Positions 62,867 through 64,000 of a DNA stretch of 64,000 nucleotides are shown piece after piece (the first letter of the stretch is position 1; the number at the start of each line of letters is the position of its first letter). The position numbers and the translations under genes were made by a program. The notes under the pieces were generated by a model. The model was not told the origin of the DNA. It saw nothing but the letters and a program-made list of their open reading frames with translations, and did no database searches. Source of the stretch: Chiloscyllium plagiosum (Eukaryota); NCBI RefSeq assembly GCF_004010195.1, contig NC_057719.1:78569502-78633501 (forward strand), written 5' to 3'.

Positions 62867-64000
62867 CCCATTTACAGTCTATCCCATGTACTGCCCCCTC
62901 CCCAAGACTGACATGGCTCATTCCCGATAATGTTTCCATGCCACTGACAAAGAAATGAAATGTGCAACAATAAATAAGTCATTTGGATTTTCACAAATTA
63001 GTAAGTTCATTAATTTCTTTTACGGAAGATCTTGTGAGTTCCAAATTTCAGCACCTGACACCTTCCACCTTGTCAGAGGTTGGTGAGATGATGATGGGTT
63101 GAGAACTCTGGTTCTGTAATTGGAGAAGGATGAGGAGGGATCTGACTGAAACTTATGGAATATTGTGAGTCTAGGATAGAGCAGACGTTGAAAAGAATTT
63201 TCCATTGTTTGGAAAGACTAGAACCTGAGGGCACAGCCTCAGAGGGAAGGAAAGACCCTTTAGAATTGAGATGAGGAATAATTTCTTCACTAGGATTGTG
63301 TTTCCATCTCTTACAGTCTTGTGATTACTAAACATCATACTATATTTCATGTCGACCCTGGTGGGGAAGGGTAGGTATGCAACAGCACCCCAACCCCTCT
63401 ACCAGAGACACAACCCCTAGAATTGTGGCCGTAATGTATAGTCCAACCAGGACAAATTCCCCAACCACCAGGCATCATTCACAGTAAAAATGAATGCACA
63501 TTAGTGATGGGGCAAATCACACTATTGCTAGCTCTGTGGCATTGTCTGCCCTTGACTTTGTATTCCCTGATCTAGTCTCCACTGAGGAAGCCCATTTTTC
63601 ACTACTCAGTCTGATAAAAAAGTCCTCAAAACTTTGAGCGGTTGTATTAAACATCTTATCAGTCTTCCCTGCTCTGAGGAAAGTGTTCATTGCTTCTCTG
63701 ATCTCTCCGCGTTACTGAAGCCTATCTTCTCTGCAAAATTCTAGTGTATCTCCCTTTGCACCTTCCCAATACGTATTGTAAACTCTGTTACTCAGAATTG
63801 AACTCTACTTTAGCTGATGCCGAACAAGTGATCTATCAAGGTTTAACATTACTTCCATTCCTTTGTAGCAGAGGAAAAATCTGTTCACATCAGAGAAACG
63901 CTAAGCACACTATGTGGATTTACCAGGGGCAAATAGCAGCAGAAGCCATTCTTACTTCTGCAGCTTTCCCCATTGATTTCATTGAAGAAAGCCACAGTAC

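Noticed and set aside
1..64000. CRISPR array, prokaryotic operon or retron-like system
   Set aside because: No regularly spaced repeat-spacer array and no prokaryotic gene organisation; all RTs are eukaryotic non-LTR or PLE types

Overview
Vertebrate, CpG-poor, repeat-dense DNA, most likely from a shark or other cartilaginous fish. This is inferred from tRNA-derived HE1-type V-SINEs and HER1/CR1-type LINEs. No intact, recognisable host gene lies in the window. Much of it is decayed mobile DNA: many CR1-clade LINE fragments (including a four-level nest at 18.3-26.9 kb), a Rex1/Babar LINE, about 11 HE1-like SINE copies, old Deu-domain SINEs, Penelope-like elements (PLEs) with GIY-YIG remnants, a TA-flanked Tc1/pogo MITE and probable Harbinger remnants. 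Four N-gaps all fall inside repeats. The most notable signal is three distinct families of very short (about 90-300 bp) PLE-derived inserts. They carry minimal type-I hammerhead ribozyme cores, are often palindromic, and are repeatedly flanked by 11-17 bp target-site duplications. One copy has an intact core on each strand. The unique DNA holds several candidate minus-strand exons with compatible splice phases. These could be the 3' end of an unidentified gene with alternative last exons, but that is unproven. Most ORF-track entries are repeat-derived or chance ORFs. Boundaries of degenerate repeats are approximate.
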